Positions 27,694 to 38,621 of a stretch of 64,000 nt of DNA are shown here, in pieces. Each line of letters opens with the position of its first letter. Position 1 is the first letter of the stretch. The stretch lies in the NCBI GenBank assembly GCA_016209035.1, contig JACQWX010000037.1:34593-98592 (forward strand), read 5' to 3'. Both the position numbers and the translations under genes were made by a program. A model generated the notes under the pieces. That model searched no databases and was not told where the DNA came from. It saw nothing but the letters and a program-made list of their open reading frames with translations. The stretch is from Elusimicrobiota bacterium. Its GTDB lineage: Bacteria; Elusimicrobiota; Elusimicrobia; UBA1565; UBA9628.

Positions 27694-29235
27694 ATGATGT
27701 CGTGCCTTGATGCCATCGGAAGGCGGAAAGACCCTGTGCGGATAATCTGCGTCTCGCGCGGCAGCCACAGCCGCGGCAAGGAGTTCGCCGAGTGCCTGGC
27801 GAAGAAGCTGGGCTTCGGCTGCTTGGGACGCGAGGACTTGGTGGAGGAGGCGGTCAAGGCCGGCGTGGCGGTCAGCAAGCTGGAGATGGCCGTCGTGAAG
27901 CAGGCCGTCTTCTCCGAGCGTCTCGCCCGGGAGAAGGAGCAGTACCAGGCGTTGCTGACATCGAGCCTCTGCGCGCGCGCTCTCCGGGAGGACCTCGTCT
28001 ACCACGGCTGGACCGGCCATCTGCTCCTGCGCGGGGTGAGCCACGTGCTCCGCATCCGGGTCGTGGCCGACATGGACTATCGCGTGCGGGCGGTGATCCA
28101 GCGCACGGGCTTGAGCCGGCCGAAGGCGGTCGATTTCATCGAGAAGGTGGAGGAGGACCGCAGGAGATGGGTCCGGGCCTTCTACGGCGTGGCCTGGGAG
28201 GCTTCCTCGCAATACGACGTGATCCTGAACCTCGAGCAGATGGGCGTGGAGAACGCCGCCTCCGCGATGTGCGCGGTCGCGGCCCTTCCGGAGTTCCAGG
28301 CCAGCCCGGCTTCCCGCAAGGCCTTGGAGGACCTCTATCTCGGAGCCCGCGCCCGCGTGGCCCTGTCCCGGCACGAGGCCACCCGCGACGCGCATCTGAA
28401 GGCGGCCGCGACGGGGGGGGTGGTCTCCGTCACCTACCTTCCCCAGCACTCCTCCATGGCGCAACGTATCCCGGAAGCGCTCAAGGGGCTCGAGGGGGTG
28501 CGCGAAGTCGTCTGCACCATGGCCGAGACCAGCATCCTCTGGATCGGGGAGCGCTTCACCCCCGCCTGCCGGGCCTTCGGCTCCGTCACGCAGATCGCCG
28601 AGAAATGGAACGCGGCGATCGAGATCATGAGGCTGATCCCCGCCTCCGAGCCCGGCCCCGCGCCGGCGGACGGGCCTCAGCGTCCGCCGGCACAGGGCGA
28701 AGGGAAGACGGCCGCGCCCGCGCCGGCGGACGGCGAGGAAGCGCCCGACGGGAACGGCGGCGTGAAGGAGACCCTGGGGGAGCTCATCGAGAGGGGCCGG
28801 GCGGGAGGCGCGCGCACCGTTCGGGGAGGGCCTGAGGCCGTGCTGGCATCGGTCGATCCGAAGGTCCCCTACAGCCTGATCGTGATCGGGGACGTGTTCC
28901 TCTCCAAGGGCCACGCGGCCCGAATCCGCCTGACCCGTGAGCTGGCGGGCTTCCTTTTCGACAAGCTGAAGCGCCCCGTGATCATGGCCGAGGAGCTGGC
29001 GGCGCAGTACTTGTTCGGCCCCCGCCAGCTGGTCCAGCTCGTCTCGTGCCTCCTGGGGACCGCGGTCATCTACGCCGCGGTCTTCACCCATCAGGCCCAG
29101 GCGCTGGCCTTCCTTCAGGCCGGGGGGAAGACCAGATTCCTCGCGGTGGCCGCGACCCTGCTGTTGGTGCCGGCCGTGGCCTATCTCTACGGGACCGCGG
29201 CCCGTCTCGTTTTGAAGCTGATCAGGATGGAGTGA
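27694..29235 (+). CDS. Cytidylate-kinase-like-family domain + BON-like domain + Ala/Pro/Gly-rich linker + C-terminal TM anchor (paralog 1 of 4)
   Basis: ATG 27694 follows GGAGG. N-terminus VRIICVSRGSHSRGKEFAECLAKKLGF and motif YHGWTGHLLLRGVSHVLRIRVVADMDYRV align with three paralogs. C-terminal hydrophobic segments LVSCLLGTAVIYAAVF and FLAVAATLLLVPAVAYLY. Confidence 0.7.
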   Translation: MMSCLDAIGRRKDPVRIICVSRGSHSRGKEFAECLAKKLGFGCLGREDLVEEAVKAGVAVSKLEMAVVKQAVFSERLAREKEQYQALLTSSLCARALREDLVYHGWTGHLLLRGVSHVLRIRVVADMDYRVRAVIQRTGLSRPKAVDFIEKVEEDRRRWVRAFYGVAWEASSQYDVILNLEQMGVENAASAMCAVAALPEFQASPASRKALEDLYLGARARVALSRHEATRDAHLKAAATGGVVSVTYLPQHSSMAQRIPEALKGLEGVREVVCTMAETSILWIGERFTPACRAFGSVTQIAEKWNAAIEIMRLIPASEPGPAPADGPQRPPAQGEGKTAAPAPADGEEAPDGNGGVKETLGELIERGRAGGARTVRGGPEAVLASVDPKVPYSLIVIGDVFLSKGHAARIRLTRELAGFLFDKLKRPVIMAEELAAQYLFGPRQLVQLVSCLLGTAVIYAAVFTHQAQALAFLQAGGKTRFLAVAATLLLVPAVAYLYGTAARLVLKLIRME

Positions 29236-29241
29236 GCCGCC

Positions 29242-30357
29242 ATGCCCGGATTCGGAGAATCCTTCATCGTCCTCAGCTGGGCCGCCGCCTTCCAGGTGGT
29301 CCTGCTGGGCTTCGTCGGCGGAGTCTTGAGCGGCTTCATCGGGAGCGGCGGGGCTTTCTTCATGACCCCGGGCATGATGAACCTGGGGGTGCCCGGGGTC
29401 GTCGCGGTCGGCAGCAACATCACCCATAAGTTCGGCAAGGCCATGATGGGGTCCAAGAAGCACGCGGAGATGGGCAACGTCGACAAGAAGCTGGGGGTCT
29501 TCCTTATCCTGACCTCGGCCGCGGGGATCAGGCTCGCGGTGCACGTCAACAGCATGCTCTTCGCGGGCGGGGCCGGCAAGGGGGCCGCGAAGAGCGCGGC
29601 CGCCGACCTCTACATCAGCGGCGTCTTCGTCTCGGTCCTTTCCCTGGTCGCGGTCTCGATCCTGCGGGATGCCTGGAGGAGCAGGCAGGAGGAGGGCGAA
29701 GGCCCTTCCCTGCGGATCGCCGAATGGCTCTCCGGCCTGCGCCTCTTTCCGATGATCTCCTTCCCGGTGGCGGACGTCAAGGTCTCGTTGTGGATCCTGC
29801 TGATCGTCGGGCTGGCCACGGGCTACATGGCGGGCACCATCGGCGTGGGCGGGTTCATCGGGGTGCCCGCCATGATCTACGTCTTCGGGGTCCCCACCAC
29901 CGTCGCCGCCGGCACCGAGCTCTTCCTCGCCATGTTCATGGGCGCCTTCGGCGCCCTGAACTATGTCTACGAGGGCATGGTGGACATCCGCCTGACCTTG
30001 CTGCTCTACCTAGGCTCCCTGGTGGGGGTCTACCTGGGCGCGTACGGGACGAAGGTGGTCAAGGAGGTGATGATCCGCGTCGTGACGGGCCTCATCATCC
30101 TGCTGTGCGTCCTGAGCCGGGGCATCGCCATCCCCATCTACCTGAGGCAGTTGGGATGGGTGAACCTCCCGGCCTCCTGGGACGGCGCCTTCAACGCGGC
30201 CAGCAAGGCGCTCCTGTTCGCCAGCGGCATCACCGGCGTGGTGGTCATCCTGTTCCACGTGTTCCGGGCCTACTGGCAGCGGGGCAAGATCCACGCCAGC
30301 CTCACCGCCGCGGCCTGCGCCGAAGGCGCAGGCCGCGGCGGCAGTCTCTCCCCATGA
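29242..30357 (+). CDS. TauE/SafE (TSUP) family anion permease
   Basis: 371 aa, polytopic, with a duplicated G-rich motif (GFVGGVLSGFIGSGGAFFMTP; GYMAGTIGVGGFIGVPAMIY). Starts 6 nt after the preceding gene. Confidence 0.85.
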   Translation: MPGFGESFIVLSWAAAFQVVLLGFVGGVLSGFIGSGGAFFMTPGMMNLGVPGVVAVGSNITHKFGKAMMGSKKHAEMGNVDKKLGVFLILTSAAGIRLAVHVNSMLFAGGAGKGAAKSAAADLYISGVFVSVLSLVAVSILRDAWRSRQEEGEGPSLRIAEWLSGLRLFPMISFPVADVKVSLWILLIVGLATGYMAGTIGVGGFIGVPAMIYVFGVPTTVAAGTELFLAMFMGAFGALNYVYEGMVDIRLTLLLYLGSLVGVYLGAYGTKVVKEVMIRVVTGLIILLCVLSRGIAIPIYLRQLGWVNLPASWDGAFNAASKALLFASGITGVVVILFHVFRAYWQRGKIHASLTAAACAEGAGRGGSLSP

Positions 30358-30376
30358 CAAGGGTCAGCCTTACCCC

Positions 30377-30441
30377 ATGACCTGCGTCAATCTAAGGGGT
30401 TGACCCGGGTCAATGGACGGAGGGCCGCAATTAGGTTCAAT
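30377..30441 (+). promoter_or_regulatory. sat upstream module: two 14-bp palindromes plus ATTAGGTTCAAT box (second copy of the dsrAB module)
   Basis: atgacctgcgtcaa (30377-30390), 9 nt, ttgacccgggtcaa (30400-30413, perfect palindrome), 16 nt, attaggttcaat (30430-30441). Confidence 0.6.
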
Positions 30442-30536
30442 GAGGCGATGTCAGTCCGAGTTCTCACCGAGAATCCCCGCGGAACGGCGGTCTCGTCAAA
30501 CCAGCAGCAACGTCCATCTATAGGAGAGTGAAAGAA

Positions 30537-31754
30537 ATGGGTACATCGAAGCTGATTTCCCCGCACGGCAGCGAGACGCTGAAGATTCTGCTCCTGGAAG
30601 GCCAGGCGCGGGCGGAGGCGCTGAAGAAGGCAGAGAAGCTCCCCAAGTTGGTCATGACCTCGCGCGAGACCGGCGACCTCATCATGCTGGGCATCGGAGG
30701 GTTCACTCCCTTGACCGGGTTCATGGGCCATGACGACTGGAAGGGCGTCTGCGAGAGCATGAAGACGACGAAGGGCCTGTTCTGGCCCATCCCGATCACC
30801 CTGTCCCACGACAAGAAGATCGACGCCGGGACCGAGGTCGCGCTCGTCTCCGACGAGACCAACGAGGTCATGGGCATCCTGAAGGTGACGGAGTCCTACA
30901 AGATCGACAAGGCCTTCGAGTGCAAGCACGAGTTCACGACGACCGACGCGGAGCATCCGGGCGTCCAGATGGTGATGGCCCAGAAGGAGTGGAACGTCGC
31001 GGGCGCCGTCACGGTCCTCTCGGAGAGCTATTTCCCGGAGAAGTTCGCGGGCCTCTACCAGCGCCCTGCGGAGAGCCGCAAGGTCTTCGAAGAGAGGGGC
31101 TGGAAGACGGTCGCTGCCCTGCAGCTGCGCAACCCCATGCACCGCTCCCACGAGTACCTGGCGAAGATCGCCATCGAGGTCTGCGACGGCCTCTACATCC
31201 ACCAGCTCGTCGGCAACCTCAAGCCCGGCGACATCCCGGCCGACGTCCGGGTCAAGTGCATCAACGCCCTGGTCGAGGGCTACTTCGACAAGAACCGGGT
31301 CTTGATGGGCGGCTATCCGCTCGACATGCGCTACGCGGGCCCCCGCGAGGGCCTTCTGCACGGCATCTTCCGGCAGAACTTCGGCTGCACGCACATGATC
31401 ATCGGCCGCGACCACGCCGGCGTGGGCAACTACTACGGGCCGTTCGACGCGCAGGACGCCTATCACAAGCTCTGGGACGGGGCGCTCCAGTGCAAGATGC
31501 TGCCCATCGACTGGACCTTCTGGTGCTACAAGTGCGGCGGCATGGCCTCCATGAAGACCTGCCCGCACAAGAAGGAGGACAGGCTGATGCTGAGCGGCAC
31601 CGCGCTTCGCAAGGGCCTCTCCGAGGGCGGCCAGATCCCCAACGAGTTCAGCCGGCCCGAGGTGCTGGCCATCCTGAAGGATTATTACGCGAATCTGACG
31701 GAGAAAGTGGAGGTCAAACTGCACGGTCACGCGACCGGCGCCGCGCAGAAGTGA
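30537..31754 (+). CDS. sat: Sulfate adenylyltransferase (ATP sulfurylase)
   Basis: [16 protein letters not shown]..., with [11 protein letters not shown] and [10 protein letters not shown] motifs. The ATG is in the track frame, about 10 nt after AGGAG. The track start GTG 30528 abuts the RBS and is less likely. Confidence 0.93.
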   Translation: MGTSKLISPHGSETLKILLLEGQARAEALKKAEKLPKLVMTSRETGDLIMLGIGGFTPLTGFMGHDDWKGVCESMKTTKGLFWPIPITLSHDKKIDAGTEVALVSDETNEVMGILKVTESYKIDKAFECKHEFTTTDAEHPGVQMVMAQKEWNVAGAVTVLSESYFPEKFAGLYQRPAESRKVFEERGWKTVAALQLRNPMHRSHEYLAKIAIEVCDGLYIHQLVGNLKPGDIPADVRVKCINALVEGYFDKNRVLMGGYPLDMRYAGPREGLLHGIFRQNFGCTHMIIGRDHAGVGNYYGPFDAQDAYHKLWDGALQCKMLPIDWTFWCYKCGGMASMKTCPHKKEDRLMLSGTALRKGLSEGGQIPNEFSRPEVLAILKDYYANLTEKVEVKLHGHATGAAQK

Positions 31755-31800
31755 ACGACGGAAAGGGCGTGCGACAGAAACCAACAAGGAGGAGTGTAGG

Positions 31801-32256
31801 ATGCCAAGTTATGTGATCACCGAGAAGTGCGACGGGTGCAAGGCGCTGGATAAGACCGCTTGTCAGCATATTTGCCCCAACGACCTGATGGTCCTCGACA
31901 AGGAGACCAAGAAGGCCTACAACCGGGATCCGCAGATGTGCTGGGAGTGCATGTGCTGCGTGAAGATCTGCCCGGTCCAGGCGATGGAAGTCCGCGGCTA
32001 CGCAGACTTCGTGCCCATGGGGGCGATGGTCACGCCGCTGCGCAGCACCGACTCCATCATGTGGACGATTAAGTTCCGGAGCGGGACCCTGAAGAGGTTC
32101 AAGTTCCCGATCAGGACCACCCCCGAGGGATCGGCCGTGCCCGACGGCGGCTTCAAGTCGTCGGACGACCTGAAGAGCCCGCTGCTCTTCACGGAGCCCG
32201 ATTCCAGCGGCATGAAGGAACTGCCGCCGGTGAAGTCCCTGAGCAAGGTGGCCTGA
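31801..32256 (+). CDS. aprB: Adenylylsulfate (APS) reductase beta subunit
   Basis: MPSYVITEKCDGCKALDKTACQHICPNDLM...CWECMCCVKICP. 151 aa with a typical AprB C-terminal tail. Confidence 0.93.
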   Translation: MPSYVITEKCDGCKALDKTACQHICPNDLMVLDKETKKAYNRDPQMCWECMCCVKICPVQAMEVRGYADFVPMGAMVTPLRSTDSIMWTIKFRSGTLKRFKFPIRTTPEGSAVPDGGFKSSDDLKSPLLFTEPDSSGMKELPPVKSLSKVA

Positions 32257-32298
32257 AGAAGCGTCCAGACAAATCTAACTTGAGGAGCAGATAAACAA

Positions 32299-34167
32299 AT
32301 GGCGAAATTCGAGACGGTGGAAGTTCAGACTGACGTTCTCATCCTCGGCGGGGGCATGGCAGCCTGCGGCGCCGCGGTCGAGGCCGCGTATTGGGCCAAG
32401 AAAAACGGCCTCAAAGTCACCCTGGTGGACAAGGCCTGCATGGAGCGCTCCGGCGCCGTGGCCATGGGCCTCTCGGCCATCAACCAGTACGTCGGCGTGA
32501 AGGACGGCCAGAACACGGTCAAGGACTACGTCGAGTACGTGCGCAACGACCTCATGGGGATCACCCGCGAGGACCTCGTGGCGAACATCGCCCGGCACGT
32601 GGACTCGACTGTGCATCTCTTCGAGAAGTGGGGCCTCCCCATCTGGACCGACGAGAAAGGCGCCTACGTGCATGAGGGCCGCTGGCAGCTCATGATCAAC
32701 GGCGAGTCCTACAAGATCGTCGTGGCCGAGGCGGCGAAGAACGCCCTGGGCGCCGAGAACGTCTACGAGCGCGTGTTCATCACCGAGCCGATCGTGGAGA
32801 ACGGCCGCTGCGTGGGCGCGGTGGGCTTCAGCACCCGCGAGGAGAAGTTCTACGTGTTCAAGGCGAAGGCCGTCCTGGCCGCCATGGGCGGCGCGGTCCA
32901 CGTCTTCAAGCCGCGCTCCGGCGGAGAGGGCCTGGGCCGGTCCTGGTACCCTCCGTTCAACTCGGGCGCCAGCGCCTACTTCACCATCAAGGCCGGCGCC
33001 GAGATGACCTGCCAGGAAGTGCGGTTCATCCCTGTCCGGTTCAAGGACGCCTACGGTCCAGTCGGCGCCTGGTTCCTCCTGTTCAAGTCCCGGGCCACCA
33101 ACGGCCTCGGCGAAGACTACATGCAGACCAACAAGACCGAACTGGAGAAATGGAAGCCCTACGGCGCGGTCAAGCCCGTTCCCGCCAACCTGCGCAACTG
33201 GCTCATGATGCTCGACGTCATGGCCGGCAAGGGGCCCATCTTCATGCGCACGGAAGAGGCCATCGAGAAGCTCTCCGCCGCGGTGTCAGACCCGAAGGAG
33301 CGCAAGAAGAAGCTCAAGGATCTCGAGAGCGAGGCATGGGAGGACTTCCTCGACATGACCATCTCGCAGGCCATCCTGTGGGCGGCCACGGACACCATGC
33401 CAGAGGAGAGACCCTCCGAGATCGCTGCGTGCGAGCCCTACTTCATCGGCTCCCACTCCGGCGCCTCCGGCGCGTGGGTCAGCGGCCCCGAGGACATCGC
33501 CCCGAAGCAGTACTGCTGGGGTCCCGCGAACATGACGACGGTGAAGGGCCTCTTCGCGGCCGGGGACGCTTCCGGCGCGTCGAGCCACAAGTTCTCCTCG
33601 GGCTCGCATACCGAGGGGAGGATCGCGGCCAAGTCGGCCGTGCGCTTCGCGGTCGAAAACCCCTCCATGCCCGCGATCGACAACGCCAAGATCGAGAAGC
33701 TCCGGGAGCGCATCCTGCGCCCCATGGAGCTCTTCGAGACTCACAAGGGCGCGACGACCGACCCGGACGTCAACCCGAACTACATCAGGCCGAAGCAGTA
33801 CCTCTTCCGCCTGCAGAAGCTCATGGACGAGTACGCCGGCGGCGTCTCCACCAACTTCACCACCAGCGAGAAGCTCCTGAACAAGGGGCTCGAGCTCCTG
33901 AAGGCGCTGAAGGAGGACTCGGAGAAGCTCGCGGCGGAGACCCTGCACGAGCTCATGAGGGTCTGGGAGAACATCCATCGGACCTGGCAGGCCGAGAGCC
34001 ACATGCGGACCATCCTGTTCCGTGACGAGACCCGCTGGCCGGGCTACTACTTCCGGTCGGACAGGCCGCAGATGAAGGAAGACTGGAAGGTGTTCGCGAA
34101 CTGCACCTACAACCCCGAGAAGAACGAGTGGGAGATGAAGAAGAGGGAGATCCTTTCCATCTACTAA
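32299..34167 (+). CDS. aprA: Adenylylsulfate (APS) reductase alpha subunit
   Basis: 622 aa. FAD fold DVLILGGGMAACGAAVEA; the sequence is AprA-like throughout (RSWYPPFNSGASAYF, FAAGDASGASSHKFSSGSHTEGR). Confidence 0.95.
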   Translation: MAKFETVEVQTDVLILGGGMAACGAAVEAAYWAKKNGLKVTLVDKACMERSGAVAMGLSAINQYVGVKDGQNTVKDYVEYVRNDLMGITREDLVANIARHVDSTVHLFEKWGLPIWTDEKGAYVHEGRWQLMINGESYKIVVAEAAKNALGAENVYERVFITEPIVENGRCVGAVGFSTREEKFYVFKAKAVLAAMGGAVHVFKPRSGGEGLGRSWYPPFNSGASAYFTIKAGAEMTCQEVRFIPVRFKDAYGPVGAWFLLFKSRATNGLGEDYMQTNKTELEKWKPYGAVKPVPANLRNWLMMLDVMAGKGPIFMRTEEAIEKLSAAVSDPKERKKKLKDLESEAWEDFLDMTISQAILWAATDTMPEERPSEIAACEPYFIGSHSGASGAWVSGPEDIAPKQYCWGPANMTTVKGLFAAGDASGASSHKFSSGSHTEGRIAAKSAVRFAVENPSMPAIDNAKIEKLRERILRPMELFETHKGATTDPDVNPNYIRPKQYLFRLQKLMDEYAGGVSTNFTTSEKLLNKGLELLKALKEDSEKLAAETLHELMRVWENIHRTWQAESHMRTILFRDETRWPGYYFRSDRPQMKEDWKVFANCTYNPEKNEWEMKKREILSIY

Positions 34168-34205
34168 TCCGGGGTCGTCAGGCGCTACCCGTCGGAAACC
34201 TAAGT

Positions 34206-34233
34206 CCCCCAGGAGCCCGAAGGCTCCTGGGGG
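34206..34233 (+). terminator. Stem-loop after aprA (12-bp perfect stem, CGAA loop); weak or no T-tract
   Basis: CCCCCAGGAGCC-cgaa-GGCTCCTGGGGG, followed by gcgggtttcc. Confidence 0.45.
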
Positions 34234-34263
34234 GCGGGTTTCCGGGGGACCCAAAGAGGCCAC

Positions 34264-34530
34264 ATGGACCAGAAGGATCCGAAGTGCCCGCACTGCGCAA
34301 AGGTTCTCCTCAAATGGCGCACTCCTGAGGGCGCGGCTTGGGGGCCCATCCAGTTCGTGTGCTTCAACGACGACTGCCCCTATTTCGTCAAGGGCTGGGA
34401 GTGGATGAGGACGAAGTTCAACCAGAAGGTGTCGTACAGGCACCGCCTGGACCCGGAGACGGGCTCCCGGGGGCCTTTGCCGGTCTGGTCCGCCCTGGCC
34501 CTTCGCAGCGGCATCATCGAGGGCGGCTGA
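34264..34530 (+). CDS. Small zinc-ribbon-like protein (CxxC...CxxxxC)
   Basis: 88 aa, MDQKDPKCPHCAKVLLKWRTPEG...FVCFNDDCPYFVKGWEWM. RBS AAAGAGG lies 5 nt upstream. High GC3. Confidence 0.6.
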   Translation: MDQKDPKCPHCAKVLLKWRTPEGAAWGPIQFVCFNDDCPYFVKGWEWMRTKFNQKVSYRHRLDPETGSRGPLPVWSALALRSGIIEGG

Positions 34531-34566
34531 GGCGGACGCGGCTGCTCGCCGCCCAGGAGGCTCACC

Positions 34567-35378
34567 GTGGAAGAGATCCATCGTCTCAAAGAAGAGATCC
34601 TCAAGGATTATCCGAGGCTCTCCGAGGACAGCGAGTTCTCATTCTCGTGCCACCCGGGCGTCGCGTGCTTTAACCGCTGCTGCGCCGACGTGAACATCTT
34701 CCTGACCCCCTACGACGTCCTGAGGCTCAAAGGCGCCCTCAAGATGAGCTCGAGGGAGTTCTTGAAGAAGCACACCATCGTGCCGTTCGACAAGAACCTC
34801 AAGTACCCGGTGTTCCTGCTGAAGATGGAGGAGAACGAAGGCAAGACCTGCCCCTTCGTCGGCGAGAAAGGCTGCGGCGTTTACCGCGACAGGCCGTGGT
34901 CCTGCCGGATGTACCCCGTGGGGCTGGCCTCCCCCAAGGAGGGGGGGGCCGAAGCTCAGAAGGAGTTCTATTTCCTGCTCAAGGAATCCTGCTGCCAGGG
35001 CTTCGGCGAAGACAGGAAATTGACGGTGGGGGAGTGGCTCGAGGCGCAGGGGGTGCTCGAGTACGACGAGATGGGCCGCGAGTGGAAGGCCCTGACCCTC
35101 CACAAGTACTTCCTGTCGAGATGTTCTTCATGGCCTGCTACGACGGCGACAAGTTCCGGGAGTTCCTTTTCGAGAGCAGCTTCTTCAAGAAGTTCGAGGT
35201 CGACGAGGCCTGCCGCGAGAAGCTCCGGACCGACGACGTCGAGCTCCTGAGGTTCGGCTGCCGGTGGCTGCGCTTCGCCCTCTTCGGCGAGAAGACCATG
35301 ACGGTCAAGGGCCCGGTCTTGGAGGCCAAGAAGAAGTCCCTCAGGGCCAAGGACGGCGCCCCGCCGTCGCGCAACTAG
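34567..35378 (+). pseudogene. YkgJ/UPF0153-type (CxxCxxCC zinc/iron-chelating domain) protein with an apparent 1-nt frameshift near 35118
   Basis: Frame A (34567) reads a plausible protein up to ...WKALTLHKYFLS, then degenerates into a Ser/Thr/Ala/Arg-rich tail. Frame B (ORF 34896-35378) becomes protein-like exactly there (EMFFMACYDGDKFREFLFESSFFKKFEVDEACREKL...). CFNRCCADV and CPFVGEKGCGVYRDRPWSCRMYP motifs are present. Confidence 0.55.
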
Positions 35379-35450
35379 ACGGGTGCGGCTGTCGAGGGGC
35401 TTGCGTCGGCCCCCGGCATCCTGCTAAAGTGGTCCGAGGGTGGCCATTCC

Positions 35451-36950
<1,500 letters not shown>

Positions 36951-36956
36951 AGACCC

Positions 36957-37901
36957 ATGGGGTTTCACATCTACCTTCCGGTCGCGGGCTGCAGCGTCAA
37001 CATCGCGCTCCTCCTGGGGTTGGGGGGAGTGGTGGGACTACTCTCCGGCCTCTTCGGGGTGGGGGGAGGCTTCGTCCTGACGCCGCTTCTGATCATGATC
37101 GGGATCCCTCCGACCGTGGCCGCCGCATCGGATTCGAACCAGATCGTGGCCGCGTCCGCCTCGGGCATGCTGGGCCATTACCGCCTGGGCAACGTCGACT
37201 TGAAGATGGGCGCCCTCCTGCTCCTGGGGGGCGTCGCCGGCAGCACCCTGGGGGTCGGCCTGATGAAGCTCCTGAGGACGCTGGGCAACGCCGACTTCGT
37301 CATCCTGGTCTGCTATGTCGCCATGCTGGGGCTCATCGGCGGCTACATGTTCCTGGAGAGCCTCTCGAACCTCCGGGGCGCCCCCTCGGCGCGGACGCCC
37401 GCCCGCGCCGAGGCTCCGGCCGCCCGGCCGTCCGTCTTCGCCCGGGCCGTCGGCTCGCTTCCCTTCAAGACAGAGTTCCCGAGGTCGGGCGTCGGGTTCT
37501 CGGCGCTCCTGCCGTTCCTCCTGGGCGCCGTGGTCGGCGTCCTTGCGGCCGTCATGGGGGTCGGCGGGGGCTTCCTGCTCATTCCCGTCATGGTCTATCT
37601 CCTGCGCATGCCCATGCACGTGGTGCTTGGGACCAGCCTCTTCCAGATTTTCTTCACCTGCATCAACGTCACCGTGATGCAGTCCTATCTCAATCGGACG
37701 GTCGACATGCTGCTCGCGCTCATCCTCCTCGTGGGCTCCTCCGTCGGGGCCCAGGCGGGCGTCCGGATCTCGAGAAGGCTCAAGGCCGACCAGATCAAGA
37801 TACTGCTCTCGCTCATCGTGCTCGCCGTCATGCTGTGCATGCTGGGCAGGCTGGTGCTGCACCCGGCCAGCCTCCTGGGCTACGGATCGGGCCATGGGTA
37901 G
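36957..37901 (+). CDS. TauE/SafE (TSUP) family anion permease (second copy)
   Basis: 314 aa with a duplicated motif (GVVGLLSGLFGVGGGFVLTP; GVLAAVMGVGGGFLLIPVMVY). Confidence 0.85.
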   Translation: MGFHIYLPVAGCSVNIALLLGLGGVVGLLSGLFGVGGGFVLTPLLIMIGIPPTVAAASDSNQIVAASASGMLGHYRLGNVDLKMGALLLLGGVAGSTLGVGLMKLLRTLGNADFVILVCYVAMLGLIGGYMFLESLSNLRGAPSARTPARAEAPAARPSVFARAVGSLPFKTEFPRSGVGFSALLPFLLGAVVGVLAAVMGVGGGFLLIPVMVYLLRMPMHVVLGTSLFQIFFTCINVTVMQSYLNRTVDMLLALILLVGSSVGAQAGVRISRRLKADQIKILLSLIVLAVMLCMLGRLVLHPASLLGYGSGHG

Positions 37902-38619
37902 GCTCTTCCTGGCGGCGTTCCTGGCCCTTCCCGCCTGGGCGGGCGTCCAGGCCGGGGCGGGACTGTCCTTCGACCCGCCGGAGGTCGGGCAGGGGTTGTT
38001 CTACGGAGGCTCCGACGTCTCCGTGACGGCTCGGGTGCCCGCCGCCGGGGGCGCGGTCCTGAGGGTCCTGGGTCCGAAGACGGACGCGCGGCTCATGCGC
38101 AAGGGCCGCGTCTGGGGAGCGTGGATGAACGTTGAGCCCCTGGTCTTCAAGGACCTGCCCGCGCTCTGCCTCACGCTGGCCTCCCGGGACAAGAAGGCCG
38201 ACGACGAGGCCGGGTGCCGGGCCATGGTCCGCCGGGCCCTGCCCTCCGACAGCCGGAGCCCCCCGGACCTCCTGTTCTCCCAGCTCTTGAGGCTCAAGGA
38301 AAGCGAGGGGCTCTACGCCGCGACGGATGGGCTCTGGGTCTCCGCGCCCGATGAGAGCGGCATGATGTCCGTCTCGGCGCTCGTCCATCTGCCGGCCAAG
38401 GCGCCGCCCGCCGCGTACATGATGGAGCTCTTCGGCCGCCAGGACGGCCGTCTGGTCTTGCTGGCCGGGCGTCCCCTGGAGGTCAGGAGGGTCGGGGTCC
38501 CGGCCTGGATCGACCGGCTCTCGGAAGAACACCGTCTCCTTCACGGCCTGCTCGCCGTCCTGGTTGCCTGCGCGACGGGGCTGGCGGTCGGGCTGACCCT
38601 GGGCAGGAAGGCGCGCTGA
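37894..38619 (+). CDS. Exported protein with signal peptide and C-terminal TM anchor; resembles the TIGR02186/Alph_Pro_TM-type partner often encoded next to TauE genes
   Basis: MGRLFLAAFLALPAWAG signal and C-terminal LLAVLVACATGLAVGLTLG. Overlaps the permease stop by 8 nt. The family assignment is from memory of gene context only. Confidence 0.5.
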   Translation: MGRLFLAAFLALPAWAGVQAGAGLSFDPPEVGQGLFYGGSDVSVTARVPAAGGAVLRVLGPKTDARLMRKGRVWGAWMNVEPLVFKDLPALCLTLASRDKKADDEAGCRAMVRRALPSDSRSPPDLLFSQLLRLKESEGLYAATDGLWVSAPDESGMMSVSALVHLPAKAPPAAYMMELFGRQDGRLVLLAGRPLEVRRVGVPAWIDRLSEEHRLLHGLLAVLVACATGLAVGLTLGRKAR

Positions 38620-38621
38620 CC

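Noticed and set aside
30520-30541. GTG 30528 as the sat start; likewise ATG 16054 (HK), 60498 (prs), TTG 24156 (qmoC) and ATG 5430 (CBS).
   Set aside because: Each alternative either abuts or overlaps its own Shine-Dalgarno sequence or overlaps the upstream gene extensively. Downstream in-frame starts have better RBS spacing. In addition, my manual base count around 30520-30541 disagreed by 1 nt with the ORF track, so coordinates there follow the track frame.
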